DNA from: Octopus sinensis | Lineage: Eukaryota | Reading direction: 5' to 3' | Assembly (NCBI RefSeq): GCF_006345805.1 | Contig: NC_043012.1 | Coordinates: 39,556,001 to 39,620,000 of the forward strand | DNA: 64,000 nucleotides | Notes under the pieces: generated by a model | What the model saw: only the letters and a program-made list of their open reading frames with translations | Database searches by the model: none | Told to the model about the DNA's origin: nothing | Position numbers and translations under genes: made by a program | In this document: piece by piece, positions 12,277 to 27,847 of the stretch | Position numbering within the stretch: position 1 is the stretch's first letter | Layout of the letters: the number at the start of each line of letters is the position of its first letter

Positions 12277-12658
12277 CACACACACACACATTCATATTGC
12301 AGAAGTTTCGACATTTCTGGCATTTACTTATACTGCAACGCACACATATACAAACATCTGTGTACCCATGCGTGCACCTACCCCTCTACCCTCTACCCAT
12401 ACAGGTGCACATAACCTTTCCTTCGCTATCTCCACTCGCCGAAGAACATGTTATCTTCAAATTCAAAATCCCTTCCACGTGTCTGTTTGCTATTATTATT
12501 GGAGTTGTCCTGAATTTTTTAAAAATACCTTTTAAGCAATCCTAGAGTAGAGGAAGTTTCATTCTACTAATTGCAAGTATAATCCCCACAAAAGAGGCTG
12601 CTTTTGTTACAGTAGTAAATTTGAGAGCCGACTGTAAGAGCACATAAACACACAAACA

Positions 12659-12691
<33 letters not shown>

Positions 12692-12695
<4 letters not shown>

Positions 12696-13070
12696 TCATG
12701 GCTGTTTGATAAGTAGCTTGCTTACTAGCCACATGGTGCGTGGCAACTTGGGCAAGCATCCTCTTCTATTGCTTCAGGCCGACCAAATCCTTGTAGGTGG
12801 ATTTAGTAGACGGAAACGGAAAGAAGTCCGTTGTATATATATATTTGTGTGTGTCCGTATTTGTCTCCACCATCATCACTTGACAACTGATGCTGGTGTG
12901 TTTACGTCCCCGTAACTTAGCGGTTTGACAAAAAGAACCGATAGAATAAGTACTAGGCTTACAAAGAATAAGTCCTGGTGGGGGGGGGGGCGATTTGTCC
13001 GACTAAAGGCGGTGCTCCAGCATGGCTGCAGTCAAATGACTGAAACAAATATAAAGAAGAGTAAAAGAGT
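12692..13070 (+). mobile_element. SINE family B
   Basis: Same head, body and tail as the other copies (CGGAAAGAAGTCCGTTG...GGCGGTGCTCCAGCATGGCTGCAGTCAAATGACTGAAAC). Confidence 0.85.
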
Positions 13071-13369
13071 ACGTATGTCTGTCTACCCACAAATGCGTTC
13101 ACACATTCACTTATCTTGATATGCAAGTACCTTCTCACACCAACGTACCTGCCTACGCACTCGGAAATAGAGAGAGAGATAAGCTCAGATACACCCACAC
13201 ACAATAATGCATGTACACTCACACCGACACACACACACACACACACACACACATTCTCTATCTTTTGCTTTCTCCTCCCCCTTTCCCTCTGCTTTTCTTC
13301 GATGTGCATCTCCTTTACACTCACAAAACCACACTGCTACAGATATTTATACGCAGCTGCTCACACACA

Positions 13370-13400
<31 letters not shown>

Positions 13401-13961
13401 GCAGTGGCAAGTATATTATGCACAGATAAGCTCACATAATACCTTCACACACACGCATACAGAAACAAATCTAATCCCGTTCACAGATACATACACGCAT
13501 CGACTGAAACACTGGCGCATACTCATACATACCGAAACACAAGCGCGCACACACACACACACAACACACACACACACATACAGACACACATACACAAACA
13601 GATGCACACGCGTACGTACACACACAAGTACAGATACAGATTCACAAACACATACGCAAATACGCAGACACACCCACCCATCGCTCGCGCGCACAAACCT
13701 ACATACACTCAGACACACACACACACACACACACAAATAAACCAGTGAAACTCATGTCTGGTCGCTAGATCTGCTAGAAACAACAGCTAACACTTCCTCA
13801 AATCACACCTTAGACGAAAGAAGAACATATTAGCTAATGAAATGAGAGGTAAGAAAAAAAGGCGAGATTGTCATGGCTGGAATACCTTTCAGAACAATTA
13901 TTTTCGATCACGTCTTACTTAGAACTAAACAAAACATATTTATTAACCAACCTAATGCATA

Positions 13962-13992
<31 letters not shown>

Positions 13993-14003
13993 CACACACA
14001 CAC

Positions 14004-14043
<40 letters not shown>

Positions 14044-14151
14044 TAAATAACACATCTACAGGGCACAGGTAAATTTGTTACCTTCATACACACTCGTATA
14101 CAAATTTTCAAACACAGACATGTACATATACCTGTAACTTAAACTATGTGA

Positions 14152-14415
14152 AGGCGCATGGCTCAGTGGTTAGAGCGTCGAGCTTACGATCATGAGGTTT
14201 AGAGTTCGATTCCCGGACCGGGCTGCATGTTGTGTTCTTGAGCAAGACACTTCATTACGACGTCACTGGTACCAAACTGTATCGGCTTTTGCCTTTCCCG
14301 CTGGTCTTCCATAAAAACAACCATAGTCGCTGGTGAGGCGACTTTCCGCCCAAACTTGTACCCAGGAGGGGAACCTTTTAGGTGCACCCATGGTCGTTCG
14401 TGACCGACGGAGTCG
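14152..14415 (+). mobile_element. tRNA-derived SINE family C
   Basis: Pol III A box TGGCTCAGTGG and B box GTTCGATTCC, followed by a CORE/V-like TGTTGTGTTCTTGAGCAAGACACT. It has no tRNA acceptor stem. Confidence 0.75.
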
Positions 14416-17400
14416 AGTTTTGTAACTTAAACTGATTTACACACACATACAATTTCTGGACACAGCTGCATTTGTTGGATACAACTGTGTGATATTAATA
14501 CTATGTTTTCGATTTTACATCTCTTTTAGTAAAATATTTTATGTTTAGGCAAATTTGGTTAATGAGCAAATCAATTAGTCATAATAGGAACCAATAAAAG
14601 AACTCACCGGGAATAGTTATGCAGTAAGCAAAGTTAGCGATTGTCTAATATTAGCTCTGATATTTAAACAAATATCGGAGACAATTGTGCACATGTTTCA
14701 GCACTATTATGACATCATCAGTAAAAGAGACAGGTTTAATATAGGTTTAATAATACTAAAACAATACAGATCAGATGTTTTCTGAAACTAGAATGTGTCA
14801 CCTCTACTACTGGTTTAGAAAACATCTCTTAAAGTTTAACCAAAGGAATAAGCTGTTATCAAAAATATTATCATTGTAAGAATTCCCCAGGCTTGTGGGA
14901 ATAAGGGAGAATCTTGTGCACATGTCTAGGATCTAGGGTGAATGCTTGTACAGAGCAGCTTCATCTAAAATACCCAAAGGTCACCAGGTAGCTGTCAATA
15001 TGAAATGCAGATTAAGACTCTCATCAAAGAACAGCAACTCTTCCTATTATGGACTTCTACTGTTTTTGTCTAACAAATTTTACTCATAATTTTACTCTTT
15101 AGACAAGCTACAGTTATAACGGAACACACATAACAAGTGTGCTGCGTTGTGAAATTGAAATTGGGACCCTGTAGTTGTGAAACAAATTTCTTAATATTGG
15201 CACCCTGATGTCTAAGAACTTCGATAGTCAACTTTTGAGCCATCAGTTCCCTCGGTGAAGGCTTACTGACCACAACAACGCTATATGATAGGGATATCGA
15301 TGCTATCTCAACCAGATAACACACATTTTATGATAATGATGTTTATGCGTCGTTATCTATAGATGTACCCGAAAAAAAACCTTCCCTTTATCGTCCTCCA
15401 TTACTTAATCAAAATTGACCCTGTCCACTCAGTGAGATGCTATTGGCAAATACCTTATTGAAGAGATGTGAACACAAAACCACAAAATCGTGAGGATGAG
15501 TTCTTAATCGTACAGCCATACCTGCACTTCTACACACACACACAAACACACACGTATATGTATACTCACACACAGAGCCTGAAGACGGTGTTTCAGTTAG
15601 TTTGTGTAATACATAAACTTCTTAGAGAGCCAACTGTGGAGTATCTAACATTAGCAACTAATAATTATCTCTCAATTCACACCTTTCTTTAAGCAGAAGA
15701 CATTTCGTTACCTACTTTTAGCTACGCAATAATATCAGGGCTGACCTGGTGTTAAACTCCACTTGACCTAGTGTTAACGTTATGGCCTGGAACAACTTTA
15801 ATCATAGGTCAACTCGAGCAGGACTGACCTTGTGCTAAACAATAGTAACATCAAACACACAAGAAGTGCATGAATAATAAAATTCTGCATAAGTAAATTA
15901 TTGAGAAACACAGCACAAAATATCTGAATCGTCAACCACAAACTAAACGGTGAACATTCTGCATAACAGGATTAGAAACTTCGACAATTAAAGCAACGCT
16001 CGCATCATATATATCACAACACCTTTAATGCAACATCAAATATTTCCTTTATAAAATAAAATTCCTTGGGTTACTCTTAAGGAAGAGAAACAAAAACAGA
16101 GACACGAAGAAACACAAGCTTCGTATATTCCATGTCAACTAAATCGTTGACCGTTTCATTCCATCGGTAATTTTTTTTTTTCCAACGCTGCAATGCCTCG
16201 GGATCTGCCAAAATGAAAAGAAGCCTCTCAAAGGACATCTTCAAAGACATTCAATTATACATCCCAAAACTGCAAATTCTTCAGAATCTAAAGACTAGGT
16301 AGAGATCTAACAGTTCCACACCTAACGAAAAATACAAACCGAAGCACCATCAGATAAACCAGTCCAACACCCCACATTTGTACGACATCTTTAACTGACC
16401 TAAAAACACTCTTCTTTAATAACATCAAACCAACAGATTCTTCCCTCTAACACAGCTCACGGCCAGTTTATTGAACTTCACACAAAGAATATAACGACGT
16501 CACCAATAGTTCATGAGGGAGACACTACCGTGTGAATTGACTTGCTAGAAATAGCAGCTGCTTAATCTTCTAGAACCACACCTAATGTCATAAAAAAGGG
16601 GCATATTTGATAATGTAATCTAATATACACTATGCTTGAAAAACTGAATTGATCATGAAAAGAACGCCTTTGATCATAGACCTGCTCAATAAGGACTGGC
16701 CTAGTGCTAAGCAAAAGAACAATAAAATACTAAAACATCTCACTTTGAACAACACAAAAACGTGAAGATTCGCCTGTCTAATTTCGTTCTTACCCGTATT
16801 CTATAGAGTTCTGTTATAATGTACCTAATAATGTTAGTTTCGTGAACGGAGTACTTCAAACATCTGTCTTCTCAACCATTTATTTTAACAGGTTTTTAGA
16901 CGACCATGCCATAAGTCAAGAAAATCTAAACACAGCCTCACGCCAACCCCCAGCGCCACGTCTCTAACCTTCCTTCAACCACAAGAAAAAAACTGGCTCA
17001 AACACTCGGAAACAAATTATTACATCACAGTGTGCTAAAGCCATAAGTATATCAAATGCGACTGTCACATGTTCTTATCGTAAATAGAATAATACACTTG
17101 AAACAGCAGTTCTAGATAGGATTCAGAACACCTCTGCAATACTTATCCAAGACAGAGAAAATGACGTAAAATCAGCGTCCAAAGAGTCTTACAGCATTTA
17201 TTAGTGCCATTTATTAGTACCATAATAGAAAGTAAACAAAAGAAATATATACCAGATTCATCATAAATTAGGAGGCCAGGCCAAAACTTCTCCTTAGGAA
17301 ACAGCAGATAGAAAAATGCATGACAAAATTTTTCTGTCCTTTTTCAGGCCCCAAAACTTACATAATAAAGGTAACTGGTTGTTGAAAGGACTCTGCGCGC

Positions 17401-17588
17401 GCGTGTGTGTGTGTGTGTTTGTACAGGTTACGACCTGCACCGTGGTCTTCTTTCCCATGACATGTCCAAACAACCCCCAAATTACCAAAGCTCGTCTGCT
17501 TCTTCAATAGGCCAGACATATTTTAAAAACCCCAACCTCAGCTCAGCTCAAACATAAAATGTGTGCGCGTGCGCACACATACATACAT

Positions 17589-17623
<35 letters not shown>

Positions 17624-19289
17624 AAGCACAGAGCATCAAAGAAGAATCATTGTAACCATTCCCTTCCTTGTAAAAATTGTGCTGGAATGCTGCACGCGAA
17701 GAATGCTGAGTGCATGGTGGAGGACAACTGCGACTGGTACTGTGACCAATCTTACCATGCCCACCTCTACTGTGAACACTGTGAATCTACACAAGAAGAC
17801 TGGGCTTGGAAGCCTGTACGTGGTCGCTCAGAAATGGCCACCAAATTTCTCATAAATCACTACTAAATATATTACATAAGAACGGATATATTATGTAATA
17901 TAGTCTTTGATATTATATAATCAGAAAGGATGGTCACGGTTGGAACATCTTTAATCATTGACTCAGTTCTGACAGTAGCAACAACTGTGTGTGAGAGAGT
18001 ACAATATGTCCCTCAACATCGCAGAAGCACAGTCCAGCTGGACTAAAAGGTAGTTCGGTCCTTGACTTCGCGTAAGTAGAGTCCAGCTGGAGAAATAGGT
18101 CCTCAACTTTGTGCAATCCAGCTGAGTTGTAAACATCTAACCTACAGCATATGGAGAGAGCCTCTGTCTATAAGTCAAACATGCAAGAAATAGTAGCCAA
18201 ACTACCCTCAAATTAAATATTACTGTGTTAAGAGGGCAACATAATAAAGAGGAAGAAATAGTTTTAATATGGAAGGGCAGTCATAACTGTAATACTTTTC
18301 GTCATAGGCTGGCTGGACCAGGGTTGATGTGAAGTTCAATGACGAGGGACATTTGTCTGGAGGCTAGATAGAGTAGCCAAATGTCTCCCTCTCAAATCAC
18401 AATCTACTGACTTAGGGGACATAGGATAATGAAGACTTGGGTAAATGGAGTCTAGGATAGGACGTAAGGGTCATAGTTGGTTCGTCTTTGATAATGAGCC
18501 TGCTCCTTCATAACTGACCCCAAAATAAACAATAATGACCGACAGTTTGAGCAAGGTTGACCAAGGGCTAAACAACACACATAGCTACACATGGCGACGT
18601 TCTCTCTCTCAAACACACATACAGACATTGTGACAAACGCTTACGCAGAAGCTGTACACCTTCCTTATACATATATATATATACGTCCATACAGACACTG
18701 ATACACACGCGCAACCACTGAAGCAGACACACACACATCTTACACACATTCGTATTAATAAACCCCAGTAAACCAACACACGTTACACACCCACACACTC
18801 AATCATACTAACATACATATAACGCACACATGTAGTGCATACATTCATATACATATATAAATACACAAAAAACACATATACATACACACCCATACATAGG
18901 TACGTAAGTATACACACACACTCACACACACATTCATTGGTACATACGGATACATATACACACATACACGTTGGTATATACGAATACACACACATTGATA
19001 CATACGTACACACACAAACACACACACACACATTCGTACATAAGATTACACATATATACATACACACACACATATATATATATATACATCCTGAGAAAAT
19101 ATTGTTGTATTACCATCGACAGTCAAGTTATTTACTGCACTCACGCACGCGTTACGTTCAACGACCGCCTCCACTAAAACAGCGCCGCCGCCGCCGCTAC
19201 CACCGACATCACCACCACCACCACCACCACCCCAGTCCCCAGCACCTACACTAAAACTATAACATTATCACCCGCCACCACACACACAC

Positions 19290-20640
19290 ACACACACACG
19301 ATTTATACGTACACACATAGACCTTACTATTGCTGCCTTTACAGCAACACTACAACCACCAATACCACCACCACCACCACCAGCACCACCAACAACAACA
19401 ACACTACTATTAACACCACCAGCACCACCCACACACCGTCACTGCAACACTACCACCGCCAACAACAACAACAACACGCCGCCACCCTTGCCACAACCAC
19501 TAATAACATCGCCACCGCCATCCATCTCCTGCTGTTACCCTCACCCTACCACCACCGATACCATCTCCCTCCGTGCACCACCAACCTCCCCCATCCCCAC
19601 TCCCCACTCCCCACCCCCGTTAAGCTTACTATCACTGCTACTCTCGTAATAACCACCACAACACATTCACACACCACCATCACAACAACAACAACAACAC
19701 CTTCCCCACCACGCTACAACGATAACATCACCACCTCCATCATTGCCACCACCACCACCACCACCATCACAACAACAACAACAAGAGCAACATCAACACA
19801 ACACAACAGTCAACTGTGCTAATACTACAGTTGCCAGTGCGTGTCTTTTTCGAAACCAATCTTAACCAGATCGTCCGGCGCTCCTCTGCCGACACACACA
19901 CACAACGAAACCAACCAACACGTTTCTTTGAAACTCTAACACTTTAAAACACAAACACACACACACACGATTTATACGTACACACATAGACCTTACTATT
20001 GCTGCCTTTACAGCAACACTACAACCACCAATACCACCACCACCACCACCAGCACCACCAACAACAACAACACTACTATTAACACCACCAGCACCACCCA
20101 CACACCGTCACTGCAACACTACCACCGCCAACAACAACAACAACACGCCGCCACCCTTGCCACAACCACTAATAACATCGCCACCGCCATCCATCTCCTG
20201 CTGTTACCCTCACCCTACCACCACCGATACCATCTCCCTCCGTGCACCACCAACCTCCCCCATCCCCACTCCCCACTCCCCACCCCCACCCCCTTAAGCT
20301 TACTATCACTGCTACTCTCGTAATAACCACCACAACACATTCACACACCACCATCACAACAACAACAACAACACCTTCCCCACCACGCTACAACGATAAC
20401 ATCACCACCTCCATCATTGCCACCACCACCACCACCACCATCACAACAACAACAACAAGAGCAACATCAACACAACACAACAGTCAACTGTGCTAATACT
20501 ACAGTTGCCAGTGCGTGTCTTTTTCGAAACCAATCTTAACCAGATCGTCCGGCGCTCCTCTGCCGACACACACACACAACGAAACCAACCAACACGTTTC
20601 TTTGAAACTCTAACACTTTAAAACACAAACACACACACAC
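19290..20640. repeat. Near-identical tandem duplication of ~670 bp (CAC/CAA-rich), bounded by (CA)n
   Basis: ATTTATACGTACACAC at 19301 and 19970; CGTTTCTTTGAAAC at 19921 and 20595. Confidence 0.9.
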
Positions 20641-21932
20641 ACACACACAAACACACAGCTATATACACAAACATACATACACTCACCCACACAACTATAT
20701 ATAGACACATATACATATATAAATACACAAACAACATGGTTTAAATTACACGCTCTGTTGCTCTCCTTTTCAGCACTATTCTCTTCAATTTTCGTTACGC
20801 AGCACCTATCTGTATATCTATCTTTCTGTCTATCTATCTATTTCTTCATCTATCTATTTATCTATCTATACTGTTTATATAGTTAATATATACGTATAGA
20901 TATATAGATAGATAGATACAGCTCTCTCTCGTTCGACATTCTCAGCCGCACTCTCTCCATTGTTTATATATATATACATTTCTATAAGCACACACTTATA
21001 TACACACACACACACACACATAAATATATACTTATATATATATATATTTATATATATTTATATACATATATATATATACCTGAACTTATATATATTTATA
21101 TATATATATATATATAATTATAGAACTCAGCAAGACAGACAAACATAATACACACTTGTTATATACACTCCTCTCCTTCCTAATTTCTGCGGTCGTTTCT
21201 CTTCCTTTTTTTTTTCTCTCTCTCTCTCTCCCTCTCTCCAAGTGGTTGTGCCTTTACACACTCATAGAAACGTAAACACACACTCACACACATACACACA
21301 CGCATATATATATATATGTAAACACACTTTAAAAAAATACATATACACACAAATATAATATAAAGTTGCACATGCATATAAAAACACACATAAATGAATA
21401 TATAACAGACACATGCACATGTATGTATATATATAAAGATATATAATTTAAAGTTACTTATATATACAGCCACACACACATATATTAATTACATTATATA
21501 AATACCGGCAAAATACAACGTTGCTTTCGAAAGCTTGGCTATTTTTTCCCTCCTCCTGTTGATAATTTTACATCATACAAGTTATGTCTTGGAAATTATT
21601 GCCTTTGTTCCTCTTGGGAATACTATTAGGTAAGTGGCCGAATTCTTCGGGGTTCATTTATCTATTTATCTGTCCCTCACTCCTACTTTTTTTTTTCTTG
21701 CTCTTATTTTACATCGAATTTATTCTTTCTTCTTGTTTTATTCTTTCACTCCGTTATACGATATCATACATTATGTTATATATACATATATATACACACA
21801 TACACATAAACATAATATTTCTGCCGTGTTTTTTTTTTATATTCCCAATATCTAGAAAATATTAACTATTTTAGAAAAAGAAATACATATGAATCGAATG
21901 TAATGTCCTTCTAATATCCCCCAATTTAGAGA

Positions 21933-21994
<62 letters not shown>

Positions 21995-21995
<1 letters not shown>

Positions 21996-22375
21996 TATGG
22001 CGGCGAGCTGGCTGTAATCGTTAGCACGCCGGGCAAAATATTTAGCGGCATTTCGTCTGTCTTTACGTTCTGAGTTCAAATTCCGTCGAGGTCGACTTTG
22101 CCTTTCATCCTTTCGGGGGTCGATAAATTAAGCACCAGTTGCGTACTGAGGTCGATCTAATCGACTGGCTCCCTCCCCCAAACTTAGTGCCTTGCGCCTA
22201 GACTAGAACAGATTATTATTATTATTATTAAGACGGCAAGCTGGCATAGTCGACTTTGCCTTTCATCCCCTTGGAGACAAGGAAATGACTACCAGTTGAA
22301 CACTGGGGTCGATGTTATCGACCCATTTCACACCTAAACTTCAGACCTTGTGCCTATAGTACAAAGGATCATCCA

Positions 22376-22410
<35 letters not shown>

Positions 22411-23885
22411 AAGGCGGCGGGCTGGCAGAATTGATAACGCGCCGAACAAAATACTTGGCAGTATTTCGTCTGCCTTTACGTTCTGAGTTCAAATTCCGCC
22501 GAGGTCGACTTTGCCTTTCAGCATCCCAAAGTCGATAAATGAAGTACCTGTTGAGTACTGGGGTGGTTGTAATCGACAAGTACCCTCCCCGCCAAATTTC
22601 AGAACTTGTGCATTCAGTAGAAAGATTATTATTATTATTATTATTATTATTGTGACGAGCTGGCGGAATCAGTTGTACACCGGACAAAATGCTTAGCGAC
22701 AATTCGTCCGACTATACAATCGAAGTTCAAATTCCGCTGAGGTCGTCTTTGCCTTTCACCCTTTCAGGGTCGATGATATAAGTACCTGTCAAGTATTGGA
22801 ATCGATGAAAATGGCTAGCCCCACTCGCCCAAATGTCCAAGCCTTGTTGCCTGTTGTACAAAGGATTATTACTACTACTACTACTACTACAACTACATAA
22901 AGAAATTAAAACGATCGTTATTATTTTGGTTGAGGCGAACTAGCAGAATGGTTAACGCGTCTCACAAAATACCTAGCAGTATTCCCTCCGGCTCTTTACG
23001 TTCTCAGTTCAAAACCCGCCGTGGTCGACTTCACCTGTCATCATTTCGGGGTGAAAAAAACAAACACCAGTTAAGCACCAGGGTTCATGTAAACGACTAT
23101 CCCCCTATCCAAAAATGTCAGGCCTTGTACCTACAGCAGAAAGAATTATTCTCAGAATCATTCACCGTCACGACAGCCAACTGACAGAATCGCTTAACCA
23201 TCGGGGGAAAATACCTTGTATTTCTTTCGTCATTTTCTTTTTTTTCTTATCATTCTGAGTTCAGATTTCACGGAGGAAACTCTGCGCTTTCTCCCGCCGA
23301 TGTCGATGAAATAATATACCAGGGAAATTCTTGGACCGATTGTATTCTCTTCAAAGCTGTTGCCCTTCTGTCTAAATTACAAACAGTTACAAGTGGTTGT
23401 AGTTGTGATAGTAGTATGCTCCCCGTTCCTATCAACGAGTGCTTATAAGATAGTCGGGTGATACAGTCGGTAAGGCTACCAAAAATTGTTTAGCTATATT
23501 ACTTTATGTTCTGAGTTCGAATCCCAGTAAGGTCAATAATATTGATAAAGTACCAGCCATGTACTGGGTGACATAAATGGTTCTTTCCTCTATTGATTGT
23601 TTCTGCTATTGCCACCGTGGTCCGTGGATATATAACAACATAACTGAGAGACAGAGAAAGAGAGAAAGACATCAATATTATGAGGAACTGAGTGGGGTGG
23701 AGGATGGTGGCCGAGTCGGTAGAGAATCGAGATATTAGGGTAGTTTACGACCCGAGTTCAAATCCTACCAAACTCCACTTTTGCGCTTTAGAAACCGTCG
23801 GGTGACCAAGTACTCATGACTCTATCGGTTCAACTCCGATATATATTATATTTATATCTATATTATGTATATACATTATATATAC

Positions 23886-23930
<45 letters not shown>

Positions 23931-24140
23931 CCATCTACGTTTATTGGACTACTACAATTATTCAGGGGAGATGGTGTACTGGACACAACGCTACCTTACG
24001 GTATTTCTTCCAACTCGTTACGTTCTGAGTTCAAATTCTGCTGAGGTCGACTTTGCCTTTCATCCTTTACGTTGCCTTCTGGGTCAATGTAATCGATTTG
24101 TTCCTTCCCCTAGAATTTACTGGCCTTGTGCCAAAATTAT
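21995..24140 (+). mobile_element. Head-to-tail array of about 8-9 SINE family A copies separated by (TAT)n/(TAC)n
   Basis: Heads or bodies at about 21998, 22230, 22411, 22655, 22935, 23180, 23440, 23705 and 23990, all in the same orientation and of differing divergence. Confidence 0.85.
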
Positions 24141-24220
24141 CATTATTATTATTACAAGTGTTTTACAATTAAAAATCCTTAACGTAACAAGTAACGACCT
24201 TTAGTATTTTGTATATGGAC

Positions 24221-24256
<36 letters not shown>

Positions 24257-26955
24257 ATTGCGTGCGCACGCGCGCATGGAAATGTTCATGCAGCCTGTGT
24301 GTGTAGATCTCTCATTTCCAATGTGTGTGTATGTGTGTGTGTGTGTAGTTGTTCTCAGAGTATACTATGTATGTTAGTCATGTGTTGTTTTGATGATGAA
24401 TTATTTCCAACTAGCAGTAGGTTGTTTCAACAGAACGCATCACAAGTGACAGTGCCAAAAATGACAACCGTGAAGGTTTTCTGGGTTAGACACACTGCGG
24501 GGTAGGTGTATATATTGTAGTGTACACTTATGGAAGAGTGTGTCGATTACGAGGGTGGCGTACACTTGTGGTTCAAAGAAGCAGCAATACAATAACACTT
24601 CTCTTCGCGTGTGTTTGTCTGTTTGTGTGAGTGTGTGTTTAGCAAAACACGCACACCTAAACACATAGGCACACTCACACACGCACTCAGCGAAGTTTCG
24701 ATGAGGAGTGCTTTAAACTTTGATTTAAACACACGAGCGCACAGATATATACATTCATATACATTTATGCAAGCATGTATAAATACACATGTATATTAAT
24801 GTATGTATATGCAATGACGCATGTGTGCAGTGCACATATACGTATATACATATATGTATTTATGTATATACGAGTGCATGTAGCACATGTATGTATATGC
24901 ATGTGTATATGTGTGTATTTATATAATATACATAATATACAGTGTCTCCAATCGGTAGTACAGTCGAGCGGTGTGCGATAAATAGATGGTTCGATTCCTG
25001 TTGGGTAATTTCGTTCACTTGCAAATGCAAAATGATAAAATAAAATTTTTTAAAATAAGATTCAATTTAAACATTTTAACCGTTCATAATATATGTGTAA
25101 CCGTCGATAATATAGATATTTTCTACACAAACACACATGCACACAAAATTATGTACGCTGTTTTCTGTTGCTTTCTGCATACACGCTCACTGACATCTTC
25201 GTCTGTGTTTGTGTGATGTTGACTTTATTACGTAGATCAAACACTTAATAGCCGAGTTTACGCTCACCTACAATAACAACCACTAGGAAATCAACAACAC
25301 GAACCATAGCAACAACATCTGCAATAACGACAACTACAACAAGAATATTAAAATCCTACAGCATCAGTATCGCCATCATCATCATCATCATCATCATCAT
25401 TATCATCCTCAAACACATCACGTACGACAATGTTAACAACAAGCTACAAATGATGCGATAATGTGGATAATGAGAAACTCTCACTCATAACAATAACAAA
25501 ACCAAAGTCAGCAATAAGCAGCAAGTCTCTATCTAGAAATAGCAGCGAAATGTCCGTTGTAACACTCCCTCTTTCGCATTTAACAGGAATGGCGACATTG
25601 CATAATGCCGCTCTAGGTATGTGATGAATAAAAATGGTTGTCATGGATGGATTGCCTTTGATCAGAGTTCTTTTAAATCAAGGTTCATTAGGGGCTTCAT
25701 ATCAACAAAAGAAAAAAAAACTGTTATGATAGAAGAATTTAATATTTGTCCTTCCTCTTCGTCATCTTGATAGAATCTTGAGCGATGTTCTTCCTATCTT
25801 TAGCATTAGAACCGAGACAGAATGACGAACACTGTAAAGAATTATTTGGTTTCCCGGCAAGCAGCAGCAGCAGCAGCATCAACAACAGCAGTTAACGTCT
25901 ACAGCTGCAGTAGCACCACGTGAAACCTCTTTCGATTCTCGGTAGAACGTTGAAAGACCGTATGACGTATATCATAACATCACTTCAATTATCGCGATGA
26001 TGCACTTGTGGTGCTACTTCTTAGAGTCTGAGAATCAGCCATTCTTTACTTTACCATTCTTCTTACCAATCTACACGTCTTTTACTTTGCTTTCTATCCT
26101 GATATTTTACTTATATACCAATATTGGAACCAGCTTTATGTGGTCAATTTATGTGCAAGAAATAGCTGCCAAAATCGCCTTCTAAATCCCACTTGTGTCA
26201 AACTATGGATTGCCATATAATTCCATGTACAGAATCACTGAACCAAAAAAATCTCTTAAAAACTGGATGGACTCGTCACTACCGGAAGATTTTGATTGCG
26301 GCTGACGTATAGTTAAGCAACAACAACAACAATCCATTGACAATAACAAAAACAGCCACAACAACAACAATAATTTTTATTTATATTGACTTGTAACTTA
26401 ACAGAGAGATCCAGGAAACTAGGGGAGGAATTCGGTCGATTTCAAACCACACAATCTGATACATTTCAATGATATTTGTGTTTATCGACCCTGGAGGATA
26501 AACATCAGTAAAGAAATAAAATCAATAAATGAATCAAATGTAATAATAAAAAGAAAGGAAATTCGTGGGGAAAAAACCCCCTGAGAAATCGACTTTCCCT
26601 GAATTCGAACACGGAAGGCAAATTTTCGTAATTTTATGCCATAATTCGTTCGCCCTACTGGCGTTCGAATGTTTCCGCAAACTGAACGAAGTGTTGTCTC
26701 GTTTATCTGTATAAAATGAACAGCAAATATCCTAAAGGAACAGGTACATGTACAATAACAAGCTTAGGTGCCGGTCATTGTGTTCCTTAGTTTCGATTCT
26801 TTGCTCAGAACAACCGGCTTCACTTTCATTTTTAAATCTTCTTTGAAAGGGTCTCGATGACTAAGTGCATCACCTCCAGATATGCAATTATACATACATA
26901 CACACACACATTATATATATATATATATATATATATACATACATATACACACACA

Positions 26956-27001
<46 letters not shown>

Positions 27002-27847
27002 AACATCAACATAAAAAATTTAAGAAATCTTTTACTACTACTACTACTACTACTACTACATGTGTTGAGTTGTCAGGGTGTCATATAGAAGACTTTGTGG
27101 TATTTGTTTCGACTCTCTATAGCCGACGTTGAAATACCGCCGAGTTTAACTCTGTCTTTGATGTGTTCTGAAAATGATAAAAGAAAGATACCAGTCATGA
27201 TGTGGGGAGGTTAACAACCAAGTAAGCCATCCTCGAAAAGTTCCGGCCTTGTCCGTCCTTGCCTAACAAAAAAAAAATTATAAGTGAAAAGAGTTTAATG
27301 TTATACACGTATCTAACGTGGACCGTATTTGAATCGGGAGAGAAAACATGATTACACGTAAAAGTCATTGAATGACACGTTCCTTAATAGTCCTGTGTTC
27401 AATTTCTTCTCGAGCTGACTTTATGGATTTGATGAAATAGAACACCAGTGATGTATATAACAAATATAAGCAACCCTCAAGGTGTAGATTCCTCTGTGTA
27501 TTAGAGATATCACTGTTTCCGTGGTTGGGAAGAATGCAATAATATAATCGGTAGAGCATCCGATTTAAGTACACAGTTTACTTTCATCTATGTGCGTTTT
27601 GTCTTCTCTTCAAATAGCGGCAAGGTAGACTTTTCTTCTGCCTTTCAAATTGCCTGGTATGTATGTGTGTGATATTGTGAGAATATTTGCTTTTATTTAG
27701 TCTGATTAAGCAGACCTGTTGTCAAACATTCCGACTATGATCGCCCTGCCTTTTCAAAAACTATTTGTTTGAATACATTAACAAATATGCATTTAACGAG
27801 ATCGACTTTGGCCTATCATCTCTCTGTCGTCTATAAAATGATGTAAC

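Noticed and set aside
14152-14225. tRNA gene
   Set aside because: It has A and B boxes but no cloverleaf acceptor stem and continues into a SINE body.
14655-14730. Minus-strand CUGAUGA-U...U-GAAAC-AUGU hammerhead-like core
   Set aside because: Both core boxes are present, but stem I does not pair and stem II is weak. It is at most a relic and is mentioned only as supporting context.
19180-20500. Thr/Pro/His-rich mucin-like reading frames
   Set aside because: Degenerate CAC/CAA trinucleotide repeats with no splice or start context.
21995-24140. CRISPR-like array
   Set aside because: The units are ~200 bp diverged SINEs separated by microsatellites in eukaryotic DNA, with no constant short repeat and spacer pattern.
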